From assembly GCA_964236955.1 (NCBI GenBank), contig CAXSGP010000074.1, positions 1-24,342 on the forward strand: 24,342 bases of DNA. The letters run 5' to 3'. Below the pieces are notes generated by a model that was given only the letters and a program-made list of their open reading frames with translations, ran no database searches and was not told the DNA's origin. The stretch comes from an uncultured Oligoflexus sp. Its GTDB lineage: Bacteria; Bdellovibrionota_B; Oligoflexia; Oligoflexales; Oligoflexaceae. This document shows positions 1 to 8,053 of this stretch, piece by piece; the first letter of the stretch is position 1, and the number at the start of each line of letters is the position of its first letter. Both the position numbers and the translations under genes were made by a program.

Positions 1-1374
1 GGTGTTTTCAATATTGGGAGGGACTAACGCCAAAATTTCAGATGTTTTACCTACATTTTTCCATAAGACCTCATTGTAGCTGATAGGTGCAAAAATAGGC
101 GCGTCGGTATGCAGAATGTTTCTTTCATCGGTCATTTGCAAAAGCAGGAGGCCTGTTAGAATCGTGAAGTGGAGGACTTTGTTTTTTAAGATCCGCTCAA
201 GCTGAAAAATAGAAAAAAGAACGATAAAATACATCAAAGGCCAGATGAATCGTCCCGCAGCCCGATAGACTGCGATAGAGGAATAGAATGGCTGATAAAG
301 GTGATGCACACTCATTATTTTATGGTCAGCCCATCTTACCTTCTCTCCAAAACTCCAGAATGCTAGAATTGATGCCGCAAGGAACAGGATCCTATAAGCA
401 TGATGAGACTTGCTGAGGATTGAATTTTGAAAGTATTGCTTCAATATTAGAATGCAACAGATGAGAACGGCAGCAATGACCCCAAGTCCAAGGTAAGCAT
501 ACCCTTCGCCATTGCCAAAATCTGGAATGGCCGTTCCAATCCAGCTTGAATTGCCCTTGGGCTGTATAAAGGTCAATACATCGGCGGTCCAGATATCGAT
601 CGGACCTTTCATCTTTCGATAGTTTCCTAATAGCCCAAATACAAAAGCAGTTCCAAACAACGAGAGCAGAAGGCTTCCTAATTCCATTGTCAATATTTTA
701 CGACGATCCACTTCCTGAAATTTTAAATATCGATAAAAGACTTTAACGATCAAAATTGTGCCAATCATCGGAATAAAATAAGGATGAGTCGCCGTGGCGA
801 TGGCTAAAAGAACACAATCTTTTTGCAGCTCACGTCGGCAGTATATTGGTTTTGTATCAAGACTTCTGCTAAAAGCCGCTAAAATAAGCCAGTGGGCACA
901 AAGCGCTGGATGGCCAATGCGCAAGAAAAAAGCGGGGCAAAAAAGGCATAAAATTATAAGTGCAACCCTGCTGATATTTCTATGGAATGCTTTCATGCCA
1001 ATTCGATAAGCGAAATAACCCTGCATAATAAAGCAAAATAGAAACCAAAGTCCAAAATGCTGGTTTGGAGTGGGCACAAATTGAAAAGGAACTTTTAACA
1101 GCAGACTCCACCAAGGAATAATATCGGCTGTATAGAGATTGATATGGAGCGGATAGAGGTAGCCTTCGATGGCTGTGAATGGCCAGGCAAAGCCCTGCTT
1201 TTGAAAATAGTTCCAACCCATCAACATAAAGCTCCAGTCGCCACGAAGCATCCATGCATAGTAACTGGGGATAACAACTTGAAAGGTGCCAAAACAAAGA
1301 TAGAATGCAGCGACGGACAATAGGGTCGAAAACAACAATAAGACAACCGAGGGCTTTAACTTTGACACTCTCAA
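1..1374 (-). CDS. DUF6311-like polytopic membrane protein (putative GT-C glycosyltransferase), 3' end runs off the window
   Basis: Absent from the ORF track because it has no stop in the window. Hand translation of the minus frame (codons starting at positions divisible by 3) is open from 1410 to 1. Likely start is TTG at 1374, 9 nt after AGGAG (GTG at 1368 is an alternative). Motifs I recognise from DUF6311 proteins: WMLRGDWSFMLMGWNYF, YLYP..ADIIP, QHFGLWFLFCFIMQG, LRIGHPALCAHWLIL, THPYF, EGYAYLGLG, YRAAGRFIWP, LLQMTD. Confidence 0.8.
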   Translation of the reverse strand, partial: MRVSKLKPSVVLLLFSTLLSVAAFYLCFGTFQVVIPSYYAWMLRGDWSFMLMGWNYFQKQGFAWPFTAIEGYLYPLHINLYTADIIPWWSLLLKVPFQFVPTPNQHFGLWFLFCFIMQGYFAYRIGMKAFHRNISRVALIILCLFCPAFFLRIGHPALCAHWLILAAFSRSLDTKPIYCRRELQKDCVLLAIATATHPYFIPMIGTILIVKVFYRYLKFQEVDRRKILTMELGSLLLSLFGTAFVFGLLGNYRKMKGPIDIWTADVLTFIQPKGNSSWIGTAIPDFGNGEGYAYLGLGVIAAVLICCILILKQYFQNSILSKSHHAYRILFLAASILAFWSFGEKVRWADHKIMSVHHLYQPFYSSIAVYRAAGRFIWPLMYFIVLFSIFQLERILKNKVLHFTILTGLLLLQMTDERNILHTDAPIFAPISYNEVLWKNVGKTSEILALVPPNIENT

Positions 1375-1703
1375 AATCGGCAACTCCTGTCGAAGTAGAA
1401 TCCAATGGCCTCATAACCTTCAGAGAAGTAAGCCGTGTCCATTGGAGAATTCAGCCCACTGCCACGAATTTTCAGAAAGCCATTCCTAATCAATAGCGTT
1501 ATACTCTAAAAAATGCGTCCCATTTCAAACTCTATTTACGTCATTATGACTCTTTCTGACGCATGTCGGCCTATCTTCGTCATGCATTTAGGCCAAACGC
1601 AGACAAATACGACCTTAGAGTGCTTTTACCACTCACTGATACCACGATAGGAATAAAGAGTTTAACAAACCTTTTCTCAAACGCGTTTTCCGAGGAGTGC
1701 CCT

Positions 1704-2420
1704 GTGTCAAAATCAGAGACCATCAAAGCCCCCATGCTCAACTCCATCTACAGTGACCGGCCCGAACTCTATTGGAACGTGAGGGAATGCTGGCTCAACA
1801 AAAGACGAATGGATCATATTATTCAATATTTAAAAAGCCACCCCCATGCCAGAAACATTTTAGAAATTGGCTCGGGTGTTGGTGGGCTTTTGCTCGACTT
1901 GGCAGAACAGTTTCCGGAGCACCGTTTTATGGGAATTGAGCCCTCAGACAACTACTGCGCATTCGCAGAGCAACTTAAAAAAGAGCGGCGTTTGTCAAAT
2001 GTCCACTTTCTTCCGCAGTCGTCCGACACTTTGGATTTGCATAATCAATCTTTAAACAAATTTGACCTGATACTATCAAATGATGTGCTGCACCACATCG
2101 ATAATTGGGAAAAATTGCTTGAAAATTTGGGTCCCTATCTTAAATCGCGGACTCTTTGGCTGACAATAGAGCCCAATCCCTATAATATTTATAGCGCTTA
2201 CAGGCAGTCGACCCAGCCTGGAGAACGAATATTTGCAAAAAGTAAGTTTTTAAAAATCGCCTCGATTCACGGTTGGAAAAAGAAGTCGGTGAATTTTCTT
2301 TTTTTAATTCCACCTTTTGTCAAGGTTCCCTCCCGTTGGATGATTGAGATGGAAAAGAAATTTGAGTCGATGCCATTTCTTGGCGGTGGAATTTGTATGG
2401 AACTGGTTCGTAGCGCCTGA
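1704..2420 (+). CDS. Class I SAM-dependent methyltransferase
   Basis: Motif I ILEIGSGVG, acidic GIE after strand 2, and FDLILSNDVLHHI. Start moved from 1563 to the in-frame GTG at 1704, which follows a GAGGAG Shine-Dalgarno at 6 nt. Confidence 0.85.
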   Translation: MSKSETIKAPMLNSIYSDRPELYWNVRECWLNKRRMDHIIQYLKSHPHARNILEIGSGVGGLLLDLAEQFPEHRFMGIEPSDNYCAFAEQLKKERRLSNVHFLPQSSDTLDLHNQSLNKFDLILSNDVLHHIDNWEKLLENLGPYLKSRTLWLTIEPNPYNIYSAYRQSTQPGERIFAKSKFLKIASIHGWKKKSVNFLFLIPPFVKVPSRWMIEMEKKFESMPFLGGGICMELVRSA

Positions 2421-2525
2421 TTTTTTTAAAATGCGGATTGAGGTCTGAGCGCACTTGCCCCGGATCCTTTGGCATTTGTCCTGGGTATCGACTCAAACCC
2501 GATTGAACAATCATAGAAAAACGGA

Positions 2526-4622
2526 ATGTCTCAATTGTATTCAAACAAAACAATATTTCTGTTCGATTCGCTTCAAGTGTTTTTCTTGTGCCTTGGTTTT
2601 ATCTATTCTTTTATTTTTATTGTCAATGGTTTTAGAAAGCCGGCTTCACGATTGACTTTTCTATTTAAACTTCCAGTTGCCTATGGGGCGTCGATCGTTT
2701 TTCTCTACTGGATGAATTATTTCGAAATATTTTTTACTCCCGATACCGTCACTCATTGGATGACTCGGTTGTTTTTAATCGCTATGGGCTTATGCTTTTT
2801 CGTCCGGCACCCCATATTTACGATATTGGCTTTTTTAAGTCTTTTTCTGCAAACCCACGTCTATTTTTCCAATCGTCAACTGGGTTGGATGACTTATCGA
2901 AACAATGATCCGGTTTACTACGAGTTTATGGCTGAATATTTGAAGAATCACTCCTTTCGGTTTGACGTCGATAGTATGGATCGAAGATATTCCATGAATA
3001 TCGTTCGGCAGTTCGTGAATCCAAATTCTAATTTTCGTATTGGCCACAGTGTCTGGGATAGCTTCATTTCCAATCTTACTGGTATCCCAAGCATTAGGAC
3101 TGTTTATCTATCTGCATCGATTCCTCTCGCTCTTGCCATAGTATCCGGTGCCGCAGCCTTTCGAGCTTTGGTTTGGGAAAGGGTAACTGGATCAAAATAT
3201 TCGTCTCTTTTAAGCTTTTTTCTAATTGTCATACTTTCTCTCAATCGATCCATCTTGGATTTGATTTTTGAAGGATTCTATCCCGCTACGCATGCCATTG
3301 CCTTGATGATCATGTCTGTTGTGATTGTTTCGATTGCAGTTAGCAAGGATTATGAAGACGAAAATGGGCTAGAAGGCCGCTTGATAAATTTCATCGCCCC
3401 TTTTTCCATTTTCGCTGCTATAGCTGCCGTCTATCCTGAAGTACTGCCATTTGTCTGGCCTTGCCTAGGTCTAGTAACACTGTTAGGCCTAAACAAAGAA
3501 CGCAGAAAGAGAAGTTTCTTACTAATTCTTGGAGCTTTAACAGGCCCGCTTTTAATGTTTCCGTCGATGATGCGACTCGTCAAAGGCCTGAGTGTGCTAT
3601 CAGGTCTAAGTGGACAACTCTTGTTGAACTTTAATCAGTACTGGCTCTACGTGATAGGGGGAACCGACGCCGACCCCATCTCATGGTTTGTAATGATAGC
3701 CTCAGTGCTTTTCATTATGGGCATATTCATAAATTTATTGAGACGTGGTGGCTCGATTCCGGCGGAGCGTACTTTTTTCTTTTTGTTTATCGTACCCATT
3801 ACCGTTGGCGTGGTATTTCTCTATAAATTTATAGGCCAAGGCAACCAATATACGGTCGTGCGTACGCTGACCATTATTTCGCCATTTCTTATCCTACTGA
3901 TTTTTTCGCAGCCGACAACCTGGGGTGTGGGCCGGATGGCGAAAACATTTTTTTTACTCTTTTGCAGCCTTTACTTAGGGCTAGTGATCAATTCAGTCGA
4001 GATAATGAAGAAAATTTTGAAAGTCAGTTTGAAAACAACGAGGGATCAAATCCTATTGGTCGAAAGCCTACGACAGAGCGGGCTGTTGCGCGGCAAGCAT
4101 ATAAATGCCGAGGCCGCGCCCCAAAGTATTCTATTTCAGCATTATCTTTCCTATCTCGAATTGGTAACGGAGTCGACGTTTCATTTTACCCCTCACATAT
4201 ATAATTATGGCCACCCAACTAGTACTGCTTGGCTCGGTTTACACATGGACCATCCGATCTTGCCAGACTTTTATGACTTCCTGATTATTCCTAACGTTTG
4301 TGCGCTCTACGAGACTTCATTAGATTTGAAACCTGAAGTGGATAATGAAATAATTTTTAAAAATGAGCGTGCTTCGGAGATGGTTTATCTCGCGCAGAGT
4401 CGTTCAGACTGGTTTTTTCGTCCCTGCAAAGATCTTGAATTTCACGAACTAAAAATGGTGAAAGTAAATGCAAGAGGAAGAGTCGAGAAGGAATCTCTGC
4501 CTCCTTTTGCGATCTGCAGCCAAATATCAGGTCAAAAAAAGTGTGCACAGGTTAACGAAGATTCAAGTAGGAAAGTGAAAGATTTTATATCAAAAAATAG
4601 CGTCACACACCTAACTCTCTAA
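2526..4622 (+). CDS. Large polytopic membrane protein, putative GT-C-fold glycosyltransferase
   Basis: 698 aa with more than 10 hydrophobic segments, an early hydrophilic loop carrying an acidic motif (YRNNDPVYYE), a YPE motif and a soluble C-terminal tail of about 200 aa. Lies between a methyltransferase and a GT4. The CDS is secure; the function is inferred. Confidence 0.6.
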   Translation: MSQLYSNKTIFLFDSLQVFFLCLGFIYSFIFIVNGFRKPASRLTFLFKLPVAYGASIVFLYWMNYFEIFFTPDTVTHWMTRLFLIAMGLCFFVRHPIFTILAFLSLFLQTHVYFSNRQLGWMTYRNNDPVYYEFMAEYLKNHSFRFDVDSMDRRYSMNIVRQFVNPNSNFRIGHSVWDSFISNLTGIPSIRTVYLSASIPLALAIVSGAAAFRALVWERVTGSKYSSLLSFFLIVILSLNRSILDLIFEGFYPATHAIALMIMSVVIVSIAVSKDYEDENGLEGRLINFIAPFSIFAAIAAVYPEVLPFVWPCLGLVTLLGLNKERRKRSFLLILGALTGPLLMFPSMMRLVKGLSVLSGLSGQLLLNFNQYWLYVIGGTDADPISWFVMIASVLFIMGIFINLLRRGGSIPAERTFFFLFIVPITVGVVFLYKFIGQGNQYTVVRTLTIISPFLILLIFSQPTTWGVGRMAKTFFLLFCSLYLGLVINSVEIMKKILKVSLKTTRDQILLVESLRQSGLLRGKHINAEAAPQSILFQHYLSYLELVTESTFHFTPHIYNYGHPTSTAWLGLHMDHPILPDFYDFLIIPNVCALYETSLDLKPEVDNEIIFKNERASEMVYLAQSRSDWFFRPCKDLEFHELKMVKVNARGRVEKESLPPFAICSQISGQKKCAQVNEDSSRKVKDFISKNSVTHLTL

Positions 4623-4631
4623 AGGAAAATC

Positions 4632-5849
4632 ATGAAAGTCGCGGTTTTGGTCAATTACTTTTTTCCTTATAGAAGTGGTCTCACCGAATATGTTTATCAG
4701 TTGTGCTCAACTATGAAGCAGATGGGTTTGGATGTTGAGGTGCACTGTTGGAAAAATTCCAAAGACAGTTTGATGGAAGAAATCCTCGATGGTATTTGCG
4801 TGCATCGTTATAGCGGAATCCTGAATCTCGACAAAGGCATTATCTCCCCTCGCTATATGAGAAAGCTGATGTTCGGTCTTGGCGAATATGACCTTATTAT
4901 GCCAGTAATGCCAATGGCGGAAGCCGCCTTGCCCTATTTTTTTAACAGCAAAAAAAGGATACTTCCCGTCTATGTATGTGATATCCAATTGGGCCGCAGT
5001 TTTTTGAGCCGTATTATTGAATTTCTTTCCTATTCATCGATGCGTTTTGCTACGGGCCGTTCGAGCACGATCATTGCGTTGAGCTATGATTACGCACAGA
5101 ACTCTCCTGTTATAGGTCAGTATCTGCGCCGTGTCGTTCCAATCGCTCCGCCGATTCGAGTTGAGGAGCGGCAAAGAGAAGATTTTTCCGAATTTCTAGC
5201 CCACTATCAACTTGACCCAAGTCGAAGGAGAATTGGATTTTTAGGTCGTATTGTCTCGGAAAAAGGCCTGGATGTTCTGATCGATGCAGCGGGACGGAAT
5301 GCGGATTTTTTCAAAGATACCGACATACTCTTGGCAGGCAATTCGCAGACTGTGGCTGGAGGTTCCATCCGGAAAAGTCTGGAGAAAATGATTTCCAAAA
5401 ATATCTCGGTAAAATTTCTCGACTTTATCCCCGGCCCACTCATGAATCAATTCTATTCCAGTCTGAATCTCTTTGTCATGCCTTCAACCATGCGCCTTGA
5501 AGCCTACGGTATTGTCCAGGTCGAAGCCATGCTCTGTGGGACCCCTGTTGTGACAACAAAGCTCTCGGGGGTGAGAGAGCCGGTTTCAATCACGAAGTTT
5601 GGGGAGCTTTGTGAACCAGGGAATCCCGACAGCTTATTTGAAGCCATTCAGTTGGTTCTTAAAAATAGTGCCAAGTATAAATTGGGCCGTAGTGAAGTGA
5701 TTGCAAAGCTAGGATTGGATCGATCCCAAGCCTTGATTCAAAAAGTGATTGGTGATTTTTTGGCAAGCAGGGGACAGTTCATTATCAAGGATTCACTTTC
5801 GAGCGATAGTGGAGATCAAATGAAATTGAGCCTATCTAAAGGCTCTTGA
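4632..5849 (+). CDS. Glycosyltransferase family 4 (WbdC/WbpZ-like rhamnosyl/mannosyltransferase signature)
   Basis: N-terminal YFFPYRSGLTEY, IGFLGRIVSEKG, and the E-x7-E motif MPSTMRLEAYGIVQVEAMLCGTPVV. AAGGA RBS overlaps the upstream stop. Confidence 0.9.
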   Translation: MKVAVLVNYFFPYRSGLTEYVYQLCSTMKQMGLDVEVHCWKNSKDSLMEEILDGICVHRYSGILNLDKGIISPRYMRKLMFGLGEYDLIMPVMPMAEAALPYFFNSKKRILPVYVCDIQLGRSFLSRIIEFLSYSSMRFATGRSSTIIALSYDYAQNSPVIGQYLRRVVPIAPPIRVEERQREDFSEFLAHYQLDPSRRRIGFLGRIVSEKGLDVLIDAAGRNADFFKDTDILLAGNSQTVAGGSIRKSLEKMISKNISVKFLDFIPGPLMNQFYSSLNLFVMPSTMRLEAYGIVQVEAMLCGTPVVTTKLSGVREPVSITKFGELCEPGNPDSLFEAIQLVLKNSAKYKLGRSEVIAKLGLDRSQALIQKVIGDFLASRGQFIIKDSLSSDSGDQMKLSLSKGS

Positions 5850-5861
5850 TCTCTATAAAGC

Positions 5862-5885
5862 GCGGGTGAGAAACCTTTCGCTCGC
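5862..5885 (+). terminator. Candidate terminator hairpin between convergent genes
   Basis: GCGGGUGAGA-AACC-UUUCGCUCGC forms a 10-bp stem with three G-U pairs, so it folds well only on the + transcript. The downstream U-tract is weak. Confidence 0.4.
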
Positions 5886-5892
5886 CACTTCC

Positions 5893-7773
5893 TTATTTAG
5901 TATTCATAAAAAAACCTATTTCTACCCCCTCGTAAAGCCATTTTGGTGTAATGTTGATTCTCATAGAGCAATAGTGCTTGGCTGTTATGTCTTGAAGGCA
6001 AAAATTGCTTAATTCTCTCGACAAAGCAAAGGTGACAAGTTGTCCTGGTTTCAAAGGATCGACAAGTGGCAGTGTTTTTGTTTCGCTGTAGATCTTATCG
6101 TCGAGAGAAAAAAGGTTAAATTCAATTTTTGCCGGGTAAAGACTAGCCGCACGTTCAACAAAAATTTCGATTTTCTCTTTAGTAACCACCAAATCGACAT
6201 CGGAATGAAACCATTGACCGGGATAAGGCGTTTGAATGGGAACGTTGTAGCCAACAGGTACCTGAGGGGAGTTATTGATTGTCCAAAAGAATTCAACTGG
6301 TCGGGGAGCTGTGACTACTTTCGTGATAATGCCAAGAGTTAACAATATGGCGATTAAAGAGCCGGCTATTCTCATGAGTGTCCGCGTGAAAGCCGTTGGA
6401 TTCACTGTGCTTTGAGCAATGGCCATTGCGACCAGAACTGATATGGACCGAAAGATGATATGAGTTCCTACCAAAAAACTGAGACTTAAACTTATCAATA
6501 TTCCAAAAACAAAACTGGACGAACGATCAGCTGAGGTTTTCCGATTAACGACCTGCTGATAGCTTAGATAAAGAAGACCGGCCCAAAAGAAAATCATAAG
6601 GACGCCGACAACCCCTCCTTCTGAAAGTAGCATGAAATAAAGCGATGTCGGGACATCTGGCTGGGCATCGCCGCCCCATTGCTTGGCCCAAGCTAGATTC
6701 TGAAAAAAATTGGAATAGAATGTGCCAAATCCAGACCCTAATAAGGGATGATCCATCCAGGCCTTGATCATTGTCAGCCATTGTATTTTACGGGTTTGAT
6801 CGAGATTGGCAAAAAGCTGGTTGATGTCCCATTTGTTCGTTAAAATCAAATTTATAAGGTTTTGAATGGGCTTAAGTGCTTCCATATTGTGCCGCATTAT
6901 ATAGAATGCGCTGATGAGTAGGCCTGTCGAAAAACCAGAGAATTTAATAAGTTGAGTAGCTGGCATGGACTTTGACAGAGCAATGCCTTTGAGTGTGATT
7001 AAGATTGTGGACGAAATGAGGAGTGAAAGAAAAAACGTCCGTCCACCCGAAAAGGAAGCACCCCAGGCAATAAAAATTAATGCACAAGTTGTGGGTAATA
7101 GCATGCGGGTGGTTTTTAAGGAGTAGAGTAAAATCGCTACAATAGCAGAAATCATCGCCGCAAAATAGACAGTGGATGCTCCGGAATCCTCTAGCATCGC
7201 GGCTGCCCTCCCACTGCTTACCGCCGATCCGCTTCCGGCACCGAGAAAACTGAGGTTGACCGTACCTTGATAAAGGGCAATCAGCACATTTATGAGCAGG
7301 CAGGCGATAAGTAACTTCAATAGGAATGGAGATTCTGGTGATGCCTTACGCTGTCCGCCCTTAAGCTCAACTAAAAACCCCGGAAGGAGCAAAAGGATAT
7401 TGAGAACATAGATTTTGAACTGCCCAAAACTATAGTTCGAAGAAACGCCTCCTGCTAGGGTCCAGTCTTGTATGGGAACACCGAAGCGAAGGGCCGGCTG
7501 ATAGACCGAACACCAGCTGTATAACAGAACCAAGGCACCCATTCCAAGCGCCCAGAGCAGAGATTCCCTGGAAAGTTTCCATAATATTGGCAGGGCAAGG
7601 AAAAATCCCAGCGCTCGGCTTGCATCAAGCAAAAATTGCAAACCATGACCTGCAAGTAGAGAATCAATACGCACTAAGACTAACGCACATACGATATTAA
7701 AGGCTAGCACCACGGTGTTTAGCCTTGAAAGGGCTCTTAATTTCAAATTCAAAGAACCTCCCCAGTTCGACAT
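5893..7773 (-). CDS. O-antigen ligase/Wzy_C-family membrane protein with C-terminal soluble domain
   Basis: About 12 hydrophobic segments; GRAAAMLEDS, FSGGRTFF, TRKIQWLTMIKAWMDHPLLGSGFGTF and SLYFMLLSEGGVVG fit the Wzy_C layout. AGGA lies upstream of the ATG. Confidence 0.75.
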   Translation of the reverse strand: MSNWGGSLNLKLRALSRLNTVVLAFNIVCALVLVRIDSLLAGHGLQFLLDASRALGFFLALPILWKLSRESLLWALGMGALVLLYSWCSVYQPALRFGVPIQDWTLAGGVSSNYSFGQFKIYVLNILLLLPGFLVELKGGQRKASPESPFLLKLLIACLLINVLIALYQGTVNLSFLGAGSGSAVSSGRAAAMLEDSGASTVYFAAMISAIVAILLYSLKTTRMLLPTTCALIFIAWGASFSGGRTFFLSLLISSTILITLKGIALSKSMPATQLIKFSGFSTGLLISAFYIMRHNMEALKPIQNLINLILTNKWDINQLFANLDQTRKIQWLTMIKAWMDHPLLGSGFGTFYSNFFQNLAWAKQWGGDAQPDVPTSLYFMLLSEGGVVGVLMIFFWAGLLYLSYQQVVNRKTSADRSSSFVFGILISLSLSFLVGTHIIFRSISVLVAMAIAQSTVNPTAFTRTLMRIAGSLIAILLTLGIITKVVTAPRPVEFFWTINNSPQVPVGYNVPIQTPYPGQWFHSDVDLVVTKEKIEIFVERAASLYPAKIEFNLFSLDDKIYSETKTLPLVDPLKPGQLVTFALSRELSNFCLQDITAKHYCSMRINITPKWLYEGVEIGFFMNTK

Positions 7774-7966
7774 AGGTTTTTCAATCCTGCTTTAAAGCTG
7801 AGGGAAAAGCCAAGACTACGCCAAAAATATTGCAATGGTGGAGCTTGTTTGACCCTGCGCTCTGACGCAAAAGCTACCATTTTTTCGCCGGTCATGAGCC
7901 GAGCGCTTGGCTTTGATTTTAACCTTAGAAATATAGTCCTATTTAACCATCAAACCAATCTTCTAT

Positions 7967-7995
7967 TTGAAAACTGCGTTGGAATTCCGTAGCTT
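7967..7995 (+). promoter_or_regulatory. Putative sigma70 promoter for the coiled-coil methyltransferase
   Basis: TTGAAA (7967-7972), 17 nt, TAGCTT (7990-7995), about 60 nt before ATG 8054. Overlapped by the inverted repeat AGCTTTG-N10-CAAAGCT (7991-8014). Confidence 0.4.
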
Positions 7996-8053
7996 TGGGT
8001 TTAAATTCAAAGCTCTATTTATTACGCAGAGCTGTTTTAAGTAAGGATCGAGC

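Noticed and set aside
980..1414. 144-aa minus ORF, plus the small + ORFs at 794-1009 and 1305-1496
   Set aside because: They overlap the DUF6311-like gene, which is in another minus frame and carries recognisable motifs. No frameshift is needed.
1563..1703. N-terminal 47 aa of the methyltransferase ORF
   Set aside because: No RBS at 1563 and a strong GAGGAG before GTG 1704; this stretch is more likely divergent promoter space.
2433..2500. Imperfect GC-richer stem-loop between the methyltransferase and the membrane protein
   Set aside because: Pairing is short and mismatched, with no flanking duplication or U-tract; not distinguishable from chance by eye.
7863..7876. GACGCAAAAGCTA resembling the c-di-GMP-I riboswitch core
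   Set aside because: The upstream GGCAAA element, GAAA-capped stem and downstream receptor stem are missing.
7812..7880. JUMPStart/ops-like words on the minus strand (TGGTAGCT ... GGCGTAGTCTTG)
   Set aside because: The ops core GGCGGTAG is not matched and the spacing is much longer than in JUMPStart.
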